Position numbers and translations under genes: made by a program. 64,000 bases of DNA from contig NC_092384.1 of NCBI RefSeq assembly GCF_030028105.1, positions 16,685,629 to 16,749,628 on the forward strand. The letters are read 5' to 3'. Each line of letters starts with the position of its first letter. Positions within the stretch are counted from its first letter, which is position 1. Of this stretch, positions 24,800 to 37,412 are shown one piece after another. The DNA comes from Mobula birostris. Its lineage: Eukaryota. The notes under the pieces were generated by a model. It was given only the letters and a program-made list of their open reading frames with translations, did not search any database and was not told where the DNA came from.

Positions 24800-27700
24800 A
24801 TGGATCTTAATAAAATTAATATAATATCTTGGAATTTAAATGGTATGAACCAACCGATCAAGCGCAGAAAGATTTTTAAGAAATTAAAAACACTTCATGC
24901 AGGATGAAAATTGCTTTTTTAAATTTTGGAAGGGACCCTTATTTCATTCTTTATCAGTACATAAAATAAGAGGGATATCTATTTTTATTAATTCTAAAAT
25001 CCCCTTTGTTCATTTTCATACTGTTACTGATTTAATTGGAAGATATTTAATTGTTACTGGTTTGCTATGTGGTCAAAAGGTGGCTTTGATGTGTGTATAT
25101 GCACCTAATATAGATAGCCCTGAATTTTTTAAGAAGCTATTTTCTGTATTGCCAAATTTAAATGAATTTAAGTTGATTATGGGCAGTGACTTTAACTGCT
25201 GTCTCAATCCATCGATTGACAGATCGTCCACTAATCCGTCACATCCTAATTAAGCTGCAACTTGTATTAATTCTTTTTTATTAGAATATGGTCTGGTCGA
25301 CATTTGGAGATTTAAATAACCTAAAGAAAAAGATTTTTCTTTTTTTTCACATGTACAGTATACCATAAATATTCAAGAATTGATTATTTTTTGTTGGATA
25401 CGCGATTGGTGCCCTCTGTTGTTGAATATGTGTATGATGTGATTGCGTTGTCAGATTATGCACCTATGAATCTGACTTTGGAGCTCTCTGATAATAATCA
25501 CATACCTCAGTGGAGATTTAGTATTTAATTGTTACAAGATTCAACTTCTGTAAATTTTATTAAAGAGCAAATTTCTCTATTTTTTGAATTAAATACAACT
25601 GAAGGAATGTCAAATTTGGTTATCTGGGATGCGATGAAATCTTTTCTTACAGGACAGATAATTCCATATTCGGTAGGTTCAAGAAGGAAAACTAAGGCGG
25701 AACTTTTACTGATTACTAATAGGATTAAAAAAAATAGATAAGATTTATTCAGTAATGCCTAGTGAAGATCTCTTTAAGGAAAGGGTGGAACTTCAAACAC
25801 AGTATGATTTGCTTTTGACATTTCCCATTGAACAGCAACTTCTTAAATCCAAAAGCCAATCCTATATACATGGAGACAAGTCAGGCAAATTATTAGCTGG
25901 TCAGTTAAAAGCAAATATGGCTAGAAGACAGATCCTGAAAATATGAAGACCTGATAGAACTGAAACGACAGATCCTTATGAAATTAATAAGATATTTATG
26001 GATTTCTACTCTAATCTTTATAAATCTGAATTTTCAGATAATATTAACTTCATGAATGGTTTTTTGCAAAAATTGAATATACCTAAAATCTCTATTCGAG
26101 ATATGAATACATTAGATGCACCTATTGAACAAGAAAAATAGCAAGGGCTATATCCTCTCTTCAATCAGCTAAGGCTCCGAAACCAGACGGATATACAGAG
26201 GAATTTTATAAGACTTTTACTGATATACTTATATCTCATTTATGTCAAAATTTCACTGATTCTATATCCTCTGGGACTCTCCCAAAAACTTTCTATGAAA
26301 CTTCAATCTCTTTAATTCCTAAATAAGATAAAGATTTATCTGAATGCGCCTCTTATAGACCAATTTCTCTGTTGAATGTGGATTTTAAAATTCTCTCTGA
26401 GATTTTGGCTAATAGACTTGAGAATATTTTACCTACTGTTATTTCCAGTGACCAAACTGGATTTATTAAAAATAGATATTCACATTTAAACATTCGAAGA
26501 TTATTAAATATCATTCACTCTTCTCCATCTAAAGAATCTGAATGTGTTGTTTCTCTTGATGCAGAGAAAGCCTTTGATAGGGTGGAGTGGTCTTACTTAT
26601 TTGAGGTTTTGGAAAGATTTAATCTTGGTCCGGGATTTATTTCCTGGATTAAATTGATCTATCATGTTCCTATGGCTGCTGTTATAACTAATAATCAAAA
26701 ATCTCCATATTTTAGATTAGATTTAGATTATGAGGACACGCAGTCCTCTTTTATTCTCATTTAGTAATGCATGCATTAAGAAATGATACAATATTCCTCT
26801 GGTGTGATATCACAGAAACACAGGACAGACCAAGACTGAAAAACTAACAAAAACCACATAATTATAACATATAGTTACAATCATGCAACAATACCATAAC
26901 TTGATGAAGAACAGGCCATGGCACAGTAAAAAAGCTCAAAGTCTCTTGAATGTCTCACATCTCACACAGACGGGAGAAGGAAGAAAACCCTTCCTGCCAT
27001 GCCCAACCACAGTCCGACTTTGAGTCGTCCGAAAACTTCGAGCCTCTGATCAGCCCGCCGACACCGAGTACCAAGCACCATCTCTATCCGAACGCTTCGA
27101 TCTCAGTCTCAGTCGCCAGCAGCAGGGGCCTTCCCTCCGGAAGATTCTTGATCGCACAGTAACAGCAGCAGCGAACCGGCATTTCAGAAATTCTCCAGAT
27201 GTTCCTCTGTGCTTTCACGTCTGTCTCCATCAAATCAGAATTGTCCACGGCACCTATTTAACAGATACGATATCATTTCACCAGAGAGCCGCGCTCGCTG
27301 CGTCGCGCTGCCATCTTCTCCTCCCGCTATACATAGGGGTACTCGACAGGGATGCCCGCTTAGCCCCTTATTATTTAACTTGGCCTTTGAACCCCTTGCG
27401 ATTGCTCTTAGAGATTCTAACACTGTTCAGGGTATTAAGAGAAGGGACAAAATACACAAGGTTTTGTTATATGCAGATGACCTGTTAGTTTATATTTCAG
27501 ACCCTAGGAAATCTATTCCTTCTATGTTATCTATATTTTCTGTATTCAGTAGTTTTTCTGGGTATAAATTAAGTTTATATAAAGGTGAGTTATTTCCTAT
27601 TAATAATTGCTCGGATCCAAATTAACAAGCACCTTTTAGTATTGCTAAAAATATTTTACCTATCTTGGTATTAAAATTACTAAAAATTTTAAAGATCTCT

Positions 27701-28425
27701 ATACATATAATTTTTTCCATTAATTGGCTACACCAAACAAATGCTTTCTAAATGCTCTCCTATGACATTATCATTAATAGGTGGAATTAATGCTATTAAA
27801 ATGATAGTTTTACCGAAATTTATATATATATTTCAGGCAGTTCCTTCCTTCGATCCTAAAAAGTTCTTTGACAGAATAGAATCCATAATCTTATTTTATA
27901 TTTGGAATGATAAAAATCCTAGGTTGAGTAAACCCTTATTGCAGAAGTTAAAAAAAGATGGTGGTACGGCTTTGCCTAACTTTAGAATGTACTATTGGGT
28001 AATTAATATTCAATATATTACTTTTTGGATTCATTATTCTGATATACATGAATGTCCTTCATGGTTGGATTTGGAGGTAAACTCGGTGAAAGGATTCTCT
28101 TTGGCCTCTTTACTGGGAGCTCCTCTTTCCTTTTTGTTTTCTAAGATTAGTAGACAAGATTTTAATCCCATTATTAAACATGCGTTAAGAATTTGGTTTC
28201 AGTTTCATAGATTTTTTGAGTTAAATAATTTTATTCTTTCTAGTAATATCCATCTCAATTATTTTTTTTTAAACCATCAATTTTGGATAAGGCCTTTTTA
28301 ATTTGGAAAACCAAGGGAATAATAACTTTTTCAGATTTGTTTTTAGGGGACTGTTTAATGTCTTTTTCTCAGTTGGTGGATAAATATAATTTATTTAAAA
28401 ATACCTTTTCTGTTTAAACACAGAG
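24800..28425 (+). mobile_element. L1-clade LINE ORF2 (APE endonuclease + RT), inactivated and interrupted at 26720-27329
   Basis: MDLNKINIISWNLNGMNQPIKRRKIF, VYAPN, YRPISLLNVDFKIL, DQTGF, SLDAEKAFDRVEW, GTRQGCPLSPLLF, LYADDLLVY; many stops and frameshifts. Confidence 0.92.
26720..27329 (-). mobile_element. Non-autonomous retroposon nested in the L1 RT
   Basis: L1 reading ...SPYFRL|HRGTRQG is split here. The insert has a GC-rich 5' end and a 3' stem-loop plus short TAATCTAAA-like tail; its 3' ~80 nt recur at 52793-52868. Confidence 0.75.
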
Positions 28426-28435
28426 AACTTTCAAA

Positions 28436-29570
28436 TTGCAGTACTTGCAAGCCATTTGTAAAAGGATCTCTTTAACGATCATGATTGATGGGAAAAGATT
28501 TTATGTGATAAAGCCATGCACTTGGTTTTACATGGATTTCAGCAAAGTATCTGACAAGGTTCCACATGGGAGTTTAGTCAAGAAGGTTCAATTGCTTCGC
28601 ATTCTAGATGAGGGAGTATATTGGATTAGACATTGCCTATTCGGACGAAGCCAGAGAGTGTTAGTAGATGGTTGCCTATCTGTCTGGAGAACTGTGACGA
28701 GTGGATTGCTGTAGGTCCTGGGTCTGTTGTTGTTTGTAATCTATATCGACGATCTGGATGATAATGTGATGAACTTGATCAGCAAGTATGTGGATGAAAC
28801 CAAGATTGGGGGTGTAGTGGACAAAGAGGGAGACTATTAAAGCTTGCAGCGGAATTTGGACCAGCAGTTGGAATTTAGTGCAAACAAATATGAGGTGTTG
28901 TACTTTGGGAGGACCAACCAGGGTAAGTTTTACACAGTGAGTGGCCAGGAACTGAGGAGTGTGGTAGAACAAAGGAATCTGGGAATACACGTCCATATTC
29001 ATTACAGGTGGCATCACAGATAGTAAAGAAAGATTTGGCACAATGGCCTTATAGATCAAAGGAGTTGGGATGTTACGTTGAAGTCGTGTAAGACGTGAGT
29101 GAGGTGTAATTTGGAGCATTGTGTGCAGATTTGGTCACCTAACTACAGGAAAGATGTACAGTAAATAAGTTTGAAGGAGTACAGAGAACATTTACAAGGA
29201 CTTTGTCTGGGTTGCCAATCAGAACCTGAGTTAACCTGAGTTACAAGTAAAGATTGAATAAGTTAGAAACTTATTCCTTACAATGTAGAAGATGGAGGGG
29301 AGATTTGATAGAGGCATATAAAATTATGAGGGGTATAGATAGGTTAAATGCTTGCAGACTTTTCCCATTGAGGTTGGGTGGGACAACAACCAGAGGCCAT
29401 AGGTTAAGGGTGAAAGGTGAAAAGTTTAAGGGGGAATTTCTTCACTCAGGGGGTATGAGAATGTGGAACAAGCTGCTAGTGCAAGTGATGGATGCGATAC
29501 CGATTTCAACCTTTAAGAGAAGTTTGTATAGGTACATGGATGGGATGGGCATGGAGGCCCATGGTCTGGG
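28436..29570 (+). mobile_element. Decayed CR1 LINE RT/3' fragment
   Basis: YMDFSKVSDKVPHG, KYVDETKIGG, RGDLIEAYKIMRGID. Confidence 0.85.
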
Positions 29571-29840
29571 TGCAGGTCGACAGGACATCATTTGTTCATT
29601 ATGTACTGTGTCCTATGACATGGGCGATCATTGTCTTTCTATAACCATGATTGTTGTTGGCACGTTTTTCCACAGAAGTGGTTTGCCATAGCCTTTTTCT
29701 GGACAGTGTAAGGGTGATCCCAGCAAATATCAATGCTCTTCAGAGAGTGTATGACTGGCGATTGCATTGAACTGGACGGCTTAAATGGTTTGACTTGGAT
29801 TAGATGGCCGAAAGGCTTGTTTCTGGGCTATAATTCTCAA

Positions 29841-31382
29841 TGTAGCCCCCCGGCCAACCTCAGAGTCACTAGGCTCGCTGTCATCTAGGGAAATAGCCCT
29901 CGGCCCCACCAAACTGGCCCTCACTTTAATTCGGTACTGGCTCAAGGCTGCTACACATGTCCTCAGAAGCAACTCGACACGCTGGATGCCCAGACAATGT
30001 CCCCATAAACTCCAGGTCATTAACCAATCATCGACTTCTGGATAACTACTGGCACTGGTACCCAAAATCTCTGGTGCCCTTGCAGTTGTCAAGAGTAAAT
30101 GCTTCAGACACCAGTTGTAAAACGAACTGTACAACAACTTGACCTGTGCCCCGGGGTCGAGGATAGCTTTAGCATCGCTTCCCTCTATCCATAACGACAC
30201 CCTGGGGGGTGGTCCCTCTAAGCCTTCAGGAATAGGGTCTTTTCCTTTCAGAAGTTCATTGGTACATTGCTGGGAACGTGCTTCCCCAGAGACCCCAAGC
30301 CGTTCCCCCACGGGGCCTCCAGGAAGTTTCCCGACACCTCTCTGACCAGCTGAACAACTGAAGGAGGGGCTGACCCCTTGAAATGATCCCCCTGGCCTTG
30401 CAAGCAATTTAGCTGCCCTCCTAGCCAGAGAAGACACACTGAAAACTTTCCCCCCCTTTCAAATTACTGACAGCCATCACTACGGTGTAAGTGAACCCGA
30501 CAGCTCTAACACCGTCACCAGCCTGCCTACTTAAACTTTCAACCAATCCCTGTCGCTCTCCCTCAGCCGAGCACTGCCACTCATCTAACAACTGAGAGAT
30601 CTGCTCCGCCCACGTCTCGCACGCCTCTGCCCCTCTTGGGGTGGACACTATCCCAAATGCCAGGTGGAGCCTGCCAGAGCTAGAACATTTATTCGGACAC
30701 ACTACCTCCAAATCAGACCACTCTTTCCTCTCTCTCCCAACAGCATGGACAACCCCGAGTGCCACCTCCAACTCGTCAATGCCAGCCTGAACTCGAACAA
30801 AGACCGCACCCACCACGCATACAGCAATAACCAGCAAATAATCCACAGAGACACACATTACAGATTTAAACAGGGCACCCACACAGCATACCAGTAGACC
30901 CAATCCCGGACAAAAGTCCACACTTATCAAAGTTCAATCTCTTCGTGCACAAACAGTTGGAGCTCAGATCCCTTCTTCTTCACCCTGCGACCCCTCGGAC
31001 TACCTCGACCGGCCGCCTGGGACCAACTACGGTGGTCGACCAGATGCTCCACACGAGTCCGTTTCCGTCTCCTCGCCGAACGCCTGCCTCGGGATCCGAC
31101 CCTGTTAGTGGACATCACAGTACCTGGTCCATCCTCTGTCTCTCTCTCCCGCCTTCTGCCCCAAAACACCTCGCATACAGTATCTTCAAATACACCAAAA
31201 ACATAACAACTATCACAATTGGTTCATAACATATTCTTATCACTGCCTAACCCAAAACAAGCTGCTAGTGCAAAAACTTTCTCAGCGTTTAACATAACAA
31301 AGAAGCATTCTTAACTATAACATAACAAAGAAGCCATTTTAATTGGCCTACGCAGTAACATAAGAGATGAAACCCCCTTACA
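29841..31382 (-). mobile_element. Internally deleted Ty3/Gypsy LTR retrotransposon (PNMA-like gag + aspartic protease remnants)
   Basis: TG...CA termini (TGTAGCCCCC at 29841, CCCCTTACA at 31382). Gag-like TPRGAEACETWAEQISQLLDEWQCSAEGERQGLVESL; protease-like [13 protein letters not shown] (DTG decayed to DPG). No TSD seen. Confidence 0.7.
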
Positions 31383-33149
31383 TCTATGATACCATTGATA
31401 CATGGATAGCAAAAAGTTTATTGTGATACACTTCAAACGCAGGTAAATAGAACTAGCTGGAATAGATTTGTTGGTACATGGACAGGCAGGGCAGATGGAC
31501 CTGTTGTGTGCTGTATGACTCTGTTTTGTTCTATCTGGAGGAATTTTCTTTGGAATGCCAGGGATAGTAGAGTGGCGTGTGAACAATGCAGAATTAATGT
31601 GATATATATATATTTATATAAAATTGGTGCATGATGGTAGCCGTGGAATTTGTACACTGAATGAGATCTGTGCATGTACGGTCTATTCCAGTAAGCCAGC
31701 AGAGTAGTGTATTTTCGAATTGGGGCCTTGTATTGGTGTCCATGTTAGGATCCAGGAAAGAAGAAAGGACTGCAAACAAATGTCCCACACCTATGAAATG
31801 AAGTTGCGTGAAAAAATATCTCCCTGGCTTTTGGAGGTGCCAGGTATATTCTCCTACTGATCAATAGAAAGAAATGATGGGAAGGATAGTCAAGGGTAAA
31901 ACGAAGTGCAGATGTCGTATCGGTTTACAGGACATGTTACAAACATTGGGCAGATTGTATTTAAACCACCAGATGTTTGTTAAATGAAACTTGTTGTCAG
32001 CTAAAAAAAAGGCATTCAAACTGTTGAAAGTACTGATAACTGTGGGCTGGAGTGGTGGAGGTGCTGCAAGCGGAGCGAAAATATCCTTTTAATTAACGGC
32101 TTCTCCCTGCATTAAAACAACTTTATCTCGCCAATAGCGGTGAATCTCTGGATGTTGTTTTTTTTCAGCGTCTAAGGAATGTTGAAATAAAATTATTGGG
32201 GTGTATTAACTGGAAAGTACAGTAGTTCCCTTTTCTTGGAATAATTGGAGAGTGTGCGATGGATCAGAAGAGGACCAGATTATGAATGAGCATCTCACGT
32301 TGAATGGCCGGCCGGGCAGTAGAGAGAGAGACGGAATGGCTGACTCTGGCTTACAGTATTCCCGATCCTTTCCTTCAGTTTCTTACTTTTATTTTTTTCA
32401 GTGACAATTGGCTCCAATGAATCAAAAAATATCGAAGACGAAAATGACCTCTTACCTTCCCAACTCATATATATATGATACCGATTGTCATTCTTTGCCT
32501 GGTTGTAAGGAATGAAACGAAACAATGCCTTGGGTCTGCACTCATTGGTGGTCTACAGCTCTGAACTACAACTGGATTCTCAGCTTCCCAGTTGCCTTGA
32601 TGTGTTTACTGTATATCTGCGTTCAATGTATGTTTGCTTTGAAGTTTGGATGCTGATGTGTTAATGGAATTGTGAAGCTGGCGAGCAGCGCAAGTCAGTC
32701 TGTCAGCTCCATTTTTTAGTCTCTGAAAGTAATTGAAAATTCAGCATCCAGTGACTAATTGAATCAAACGATTGTAAAATAAACTAGTGATGTATTCATC
32801 AGTTATCAATTTTCGATTGCTACCGCTTTTCACAAGGTTTATGTCAGCGTCCTTCAAGATTTCCCTTCTTGATTCATATAGAATTTGAACGGCAAAAGCC
32901 TATCTTGTCCCACAGAAGAACGAATGTTTCTTTCCTTACTTAAAATGAAATTTAGCAAAATTTAATCAGGAGAGTAGAGAAATCGTTGAAGTAGACTAAA
33001 TGTTTGGCTAACACACAATACAAGCGCATTTTTCTGTTATTTCTATCTGATTTCCGCAACCTGATTCATCTGCTGATCTCACAGGTAGTTGCTTCGCTTC
33101 GTAAGAGCTCATTACGCAATAGTTTTGTAAGCTGATATATATGAGGGGA

Positions 33150-33358
33150 GGGAGAGAACGTCAACTCAGACCATGAGAGGTCTGCGTCGGGCAGTTTCAT
33201 GCTTTACAAGGCGCAGATTGGAAGTCTGTGTGGGGCGTCACTCCTCGCACAGACACTAAGCAAGTGCCTTGCTCAAGGACACAAACACGCTGCCACAGCT
33301 GAGGCTCGAACTAGCCACCTTTAGATCAATAGACGAACACCTTAACCACTCGGCCACG
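33150..33358 (-). mobile_element. tRNA-derived SINE
   Basis: A-box TGGCCGAGTGG and B-box-like AGTTCGAGCC on -, CORE-like GTGTCCTTGAGCAAGGCACTT, LINE-like 3' tail. Confidence 0.7.
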
Positions 33359-33934
33359 AAAAGATCAAAGATAAAATTTTTGACTCTTTTTAAATTGGCA
33401 CCGCTGCCCTTGCTTTTGCAAATGAAAATATGTTTATCGATAGGGTCAGAAAGAAATTCCACCCGTCTATCACAATGTCCACTTTTCTTATACTTAAATT
33501 TCAGTATTATTTTAGCCGTCGCTACTTAGTCTCCCCTGCAGCACATAAGGGGAAACAATCCGTTGGCCATGCATTCCTTCAGATTTTCAGCTTCTCCCTT
33601 ATTGTGAAAGTTTGACATCTGCCTACACTGAATCCTTGTTGCTGTGCTTAAATGCCGATGGTGCAGAGCGGACTCTGTCAACATTTCACCTCCGCCACGT
33701 CGAGTCTGTGGAAGTAATTCAATATCAGTTCTTCGTCAATTGTTCAGCAAAAAAAGCGAAGCGATAGATTTTAAGATACAATTGTACTGTATTTAATAAT
33801 TTTCATTATCAGATTACAGCCATTTTATACAGTTTGTACTGAAAGAGAGAAAAGGGAAACCGCTGTTTCTTTGTTCTTCACCGAAGTTTCGTTGCCATGT
33901 TTTACATTATTGGATAATATATAATTTTACATGG

Positions 33935-34357
33935 AAACTAAACTGCTTTCGGATGAGGGGGAGGAGGTCTGGCCCCTGCACATGTAGCACGCAGGCACCT
34001 TGGTGTGTGGACAATCCCTGGTGCTCGTAAACCAGATCCCCAGCTAGGGATAAATACCTCCACTGCCTTGGGGGCTGCCTCGGGAGAGACGAAATCCACG
34101 GGAGTAAAGGCAGACAGCAAATCTGGAGCAGAGCTCCCAAGGCAACTGAACGTTATTGAACTTCCCTCTGGCAGCTCCTGCAGCCTAGCTGTTGCCAAAC
34201 GCATTGTTTCATAAGCTTTCCTTTGGAGTACACCAGTGAGGCCGAGAGGGGGATTTTGACGAATGGAGACCCCAGGATCTCCATACCTTTCGCCCTGGCT
34301 GGTGATGATCATCCTCAGCCATTGTCCTTCGAGACAAACAGATGACCACCACCAACC
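33935..34357 (+). mobile_element. Probable RTE-derived non-autonomous element
   Basis: 3' end (ccattgtccttcgagacaaacagatg) resembles the reverse complement of 49096-49121. Family assignment is from recall only. Confidence 0.35.
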
Positions 34358-34451
34358 ACTATAAGGTCAAAATTAGACCCATGCGTTTTTACAGCTTAAG
34401 ACATTAATTTTAATTGTTTTCTTTATACAATGCTTGTTTTATATCTCCCCG

Positions 34452-36808
34452 TCCCTAAGTGTGTGCAGGATGGATTCCTGTCACAGTATGTTGACAGGCC
34501 GACTAGGGGGAATGCCATACTAGATCTAGTATTAGGTAAAGAACCGGGTCAGGTCACAGATTTCTCAGTGGGTGAGCATCTGGGGGACAGTGACCACCGC
34601 GGCCTGGCCTTTAGCATTATCATGGAAAAGGATAGAATCAGAGGGGACAGGAAAGTTATTAATTGGGGAAGGGCAAATTATGAGGCAATTAGGCTAGAAC
34701 TTGCGGGTGTGAAATGGGATGATGTTTTTTTCTCGGAAATGTACTATGGACATGTGGTCGATATTTAGAGATCTCTTGCAGGATGTTAGGGATAAATTTG
34801 TCCCGGTGAGGAAGATAAAGAATGGTAGGGTGAAGGAACCATGGGTGACAAGTGAGGTGGAAAATCTAGTCAGGTGGAAGAAGGCAGCATATATGAGGTT
34901 TAGGAAGCAAGGATCACATGGGTCTATTGAGGAAAGGAGGTTAAGAAGGGGCTAAGAAGAGCAAGAAGGGGGCATGAGAAGGCCTTGGCGAGTAGGGTAA
35001 AGGAAAACCCCAAGGCATTCTTCCATTATGTGAAGAACAAAAGGATGACAGGAGTGAAGGTAGGACCGATTAGAGATAAAGTTGGGAAGATGTGCCTGGA
35101 GGCTGTGGAAGTGAGCGAGGTCTTCAATGAATACTTCTCTTCGGTATTCATCAATGAGAGGGAACTTGATGACGGTGAGGACAATATGAGTGAGGTTGAT
35201 GTTCTGGAGCACGTTGATATTAAGGGATAGAGGGTGTTGGAGATATTAAAATACATTAGGACGGATAGGTCCCCGGGGTCTGACGGAATATTCCCCAAGC
35301 TGCTCCATGAGGCGAGGGAAGAGATTGCTGAGCCTCTGGCTAGGATCTTTATGTCCTCGTTGTCTACAGGAATGGTACCGGAGGATTGGAGGGAGGCGAA
35401 TGTTGTCCCCTTGTTCAAAAAAAGGTAGTAGGGATAGTCCGGGTAATTATAGACCAGTGAGCTTTACGTCTGTGGTGGGAAAGCTGTTGGAAAAGATTCT
35501 TAGAGATAGGATCTCTGGGCATTTAGAGAATTATGGTCTGATCGGGGCAGACAGCATGGCTTTGTGAAGGGCAGATCGTGTCTAACGAGTTTGATAGAGT
35601 TCAGGAGGTGACCAGGCATATAGATGAGGGTAGTGCAGTGGATGTGATCTGTATGGATTTTAGTAAGGCATTTAACAAGGTTCCACATGGTAGGGTTATT
35701 CAGAAAGTCAGAAGGCATGGGATGGAGGGAAGTTTGGCCAGGTAGATTCAGAAATGGCTTGCCTGCAGAAGGCAGAGGGTGGTGGTGGAGGGAGTACATT
35801 CGGATTGGAGATTTGTGACTAGTCGTGTCCCACGAGGATCAGTTCTGGGACCTCTACCTTTCGTGATTTTTATTAATGACCTGGATGTTGGGGTAGAAGG
35901 GTGGGTTGGCAAGTTTGCAGACGACACAAAGGTTGGTGGTGTTGTAGATAGTGTAGAGGATTGTCGAAGGTTGCAGAGAGACATTGATAGATTGCAGAAG
36001 TGGGCTGAGAAGTGGCAGATGGAGTTCAACCCGGAGAAGTGTGAGATGGTACACTTTGGAAGGACAAACTCCAAGGCAGAGTACAAAGTAAATGGCAGGA
36101 TACTTGGAAGTGTGGAGGAGCAGAGGGATCTGGGGGTACATGTCCACAGATCCCCGAAAGTTGCCTCACAGGTGGATAGGGTAGTTAAGAAAGCTTATGG
36201 GGTGTTAGCTTTCATAAGTCGAGGGATAGAATTTAAGAGTCGTGAGGTAATGATGCAGCCTATAAAACTCTGATTAGGCCACACTTGGAGTACTGTGTCC
36301 AATTCTGGTCACCTCAATATAGGAAGGACGTGGAAGCATTGGAAAGGGTACAGAGGAGATTTACCAGGATGCTGCCTGGTTCAGAGAGTATGGATTATGA
36401 TCAGAGATTAAGGGAGCTAGGGCTTTACTCTTTGGAGAGAAGGGGGATGAGTGGAGACATGATAGAGGTGTACAAGATATTAAGAGGAATAGATAGAGTG
36501 GATAGCCAACGCCTCTTCCCCAGGGCACGACTGCTCAATACAGGGGGATATGGCTTTAAGGTAAGGGGTGGGAGATTCAAGGGGGATATTAGAGGAAGGT
36601 TTTTAACTCAGAGAGTGGTTGGTGCGTGGAATGCACTGCCTGAGTCAGTGGTGGAGGCAGATACACTAGTGAAGTTTAAGAGACTACTAGACAGGTATAT
36701 GGAGGAATTTAAGGTGGGGGGTTATATGGGAGGCAGGGTTTGAGGGCCGGCACAACAATGTCGGCCGAAGGGCCTGTACTGTGCTGTACTATTCTATGTT
36801 CTCTGTTC
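34452..36808 (+). mobile_element. CR1 LINE, 5'-truncated, relatively young, ORF2 disrupted
   Basis: PTRGNAILDLVL, ENPKAFFHYVKNKR, WREANVVPLFKK, NYRPVSFTSVVGKLLE, MDFSKAFNKVPH, GSVLGP, KFADDTK, YCVQFWSP; 3' tail ctatgttctctgttc. Confidence 0.95.
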
Positions 36809-37184
36809 GAATCCCTTGGTTTTACCTTTGCATAGACAACGTGTTCGTCCTGGCGCCTGACCTGGTCAATAACTTAGTTTTCTCTCGTGTTTGGTGTAGC
36901 ATAGGCAAGGTTATGTTCAACTGGCGCTAGTCCAGCCTGTTAAAAAGATATAGTTAACTCTGTTCGTGGCGAGTCAAATGCAATTCCAATTCCATAATGA
37001 AAAAATGAGTATTAAAACATAAGCGTAAATGAGTAAAATGCGGCATAATAACATTCTAACATCAGTAAATGATATTGCGATGTACAAACATTTTATGTTA
37101 TTTCAGAAACGGCAGGAAATGTGTTTTCCCTAGCGCTGAAAGTCTTTATGATCTTTTAAGACTGAAATTGATTTTCAAGCACCA

Positions 37185-37190
37185 TTTATT
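37185..37190 (-). terminator. Candidate poly(A) signal AATAAA for the receptor gene
   Basis: TTTATT on + at 37185-37190. Confidence 0.4.
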
Positions 37191-37317
37191 CTACGAGTAG
37201 GGTGAGTTTCTCATCTGCTGTCATCTTTTTTCTTCCGCAGTTATTTCCTTCTCCCTCCATTCCCCAACAGCTTACGCAGGGACAACTGTCACCTTTCTTT
37301 TCCTCGGACACTATGGA

Positions 37318-37412
37318 CTATTGAAGCAGCGTTGCGCAGGTCAGTTCGTCATCGGTTCTCATACACTCACAGACATATCCTTTCTGCGGTCGTAGTTGAT
37401 CATAATATTCCT
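37318..37412 (-). CDS. Tentative cytoplasmic exon EEYYDQLRPQKGYVCECMRTDDELTCATLLQ*
   Basis: Phase-1 TAG acceptor and open frame with YxxL; AATAAA ~130 nt after the stop. An internal GTGAGT donor at 37370 makes the true ending uncertain. Confidence 0.45.

Noticed and set aside
33160-33358. tRNA gene
   Set aside because: A and B boxes present but no full cloverleaf, and followed by a SINE body and tail.
33935-34357. Possible HDV-like ribozyme in the RTE-like fragment
   Set aside because: Could not identify the nested double pseudoknot by eye; needs a descriptor-based search.
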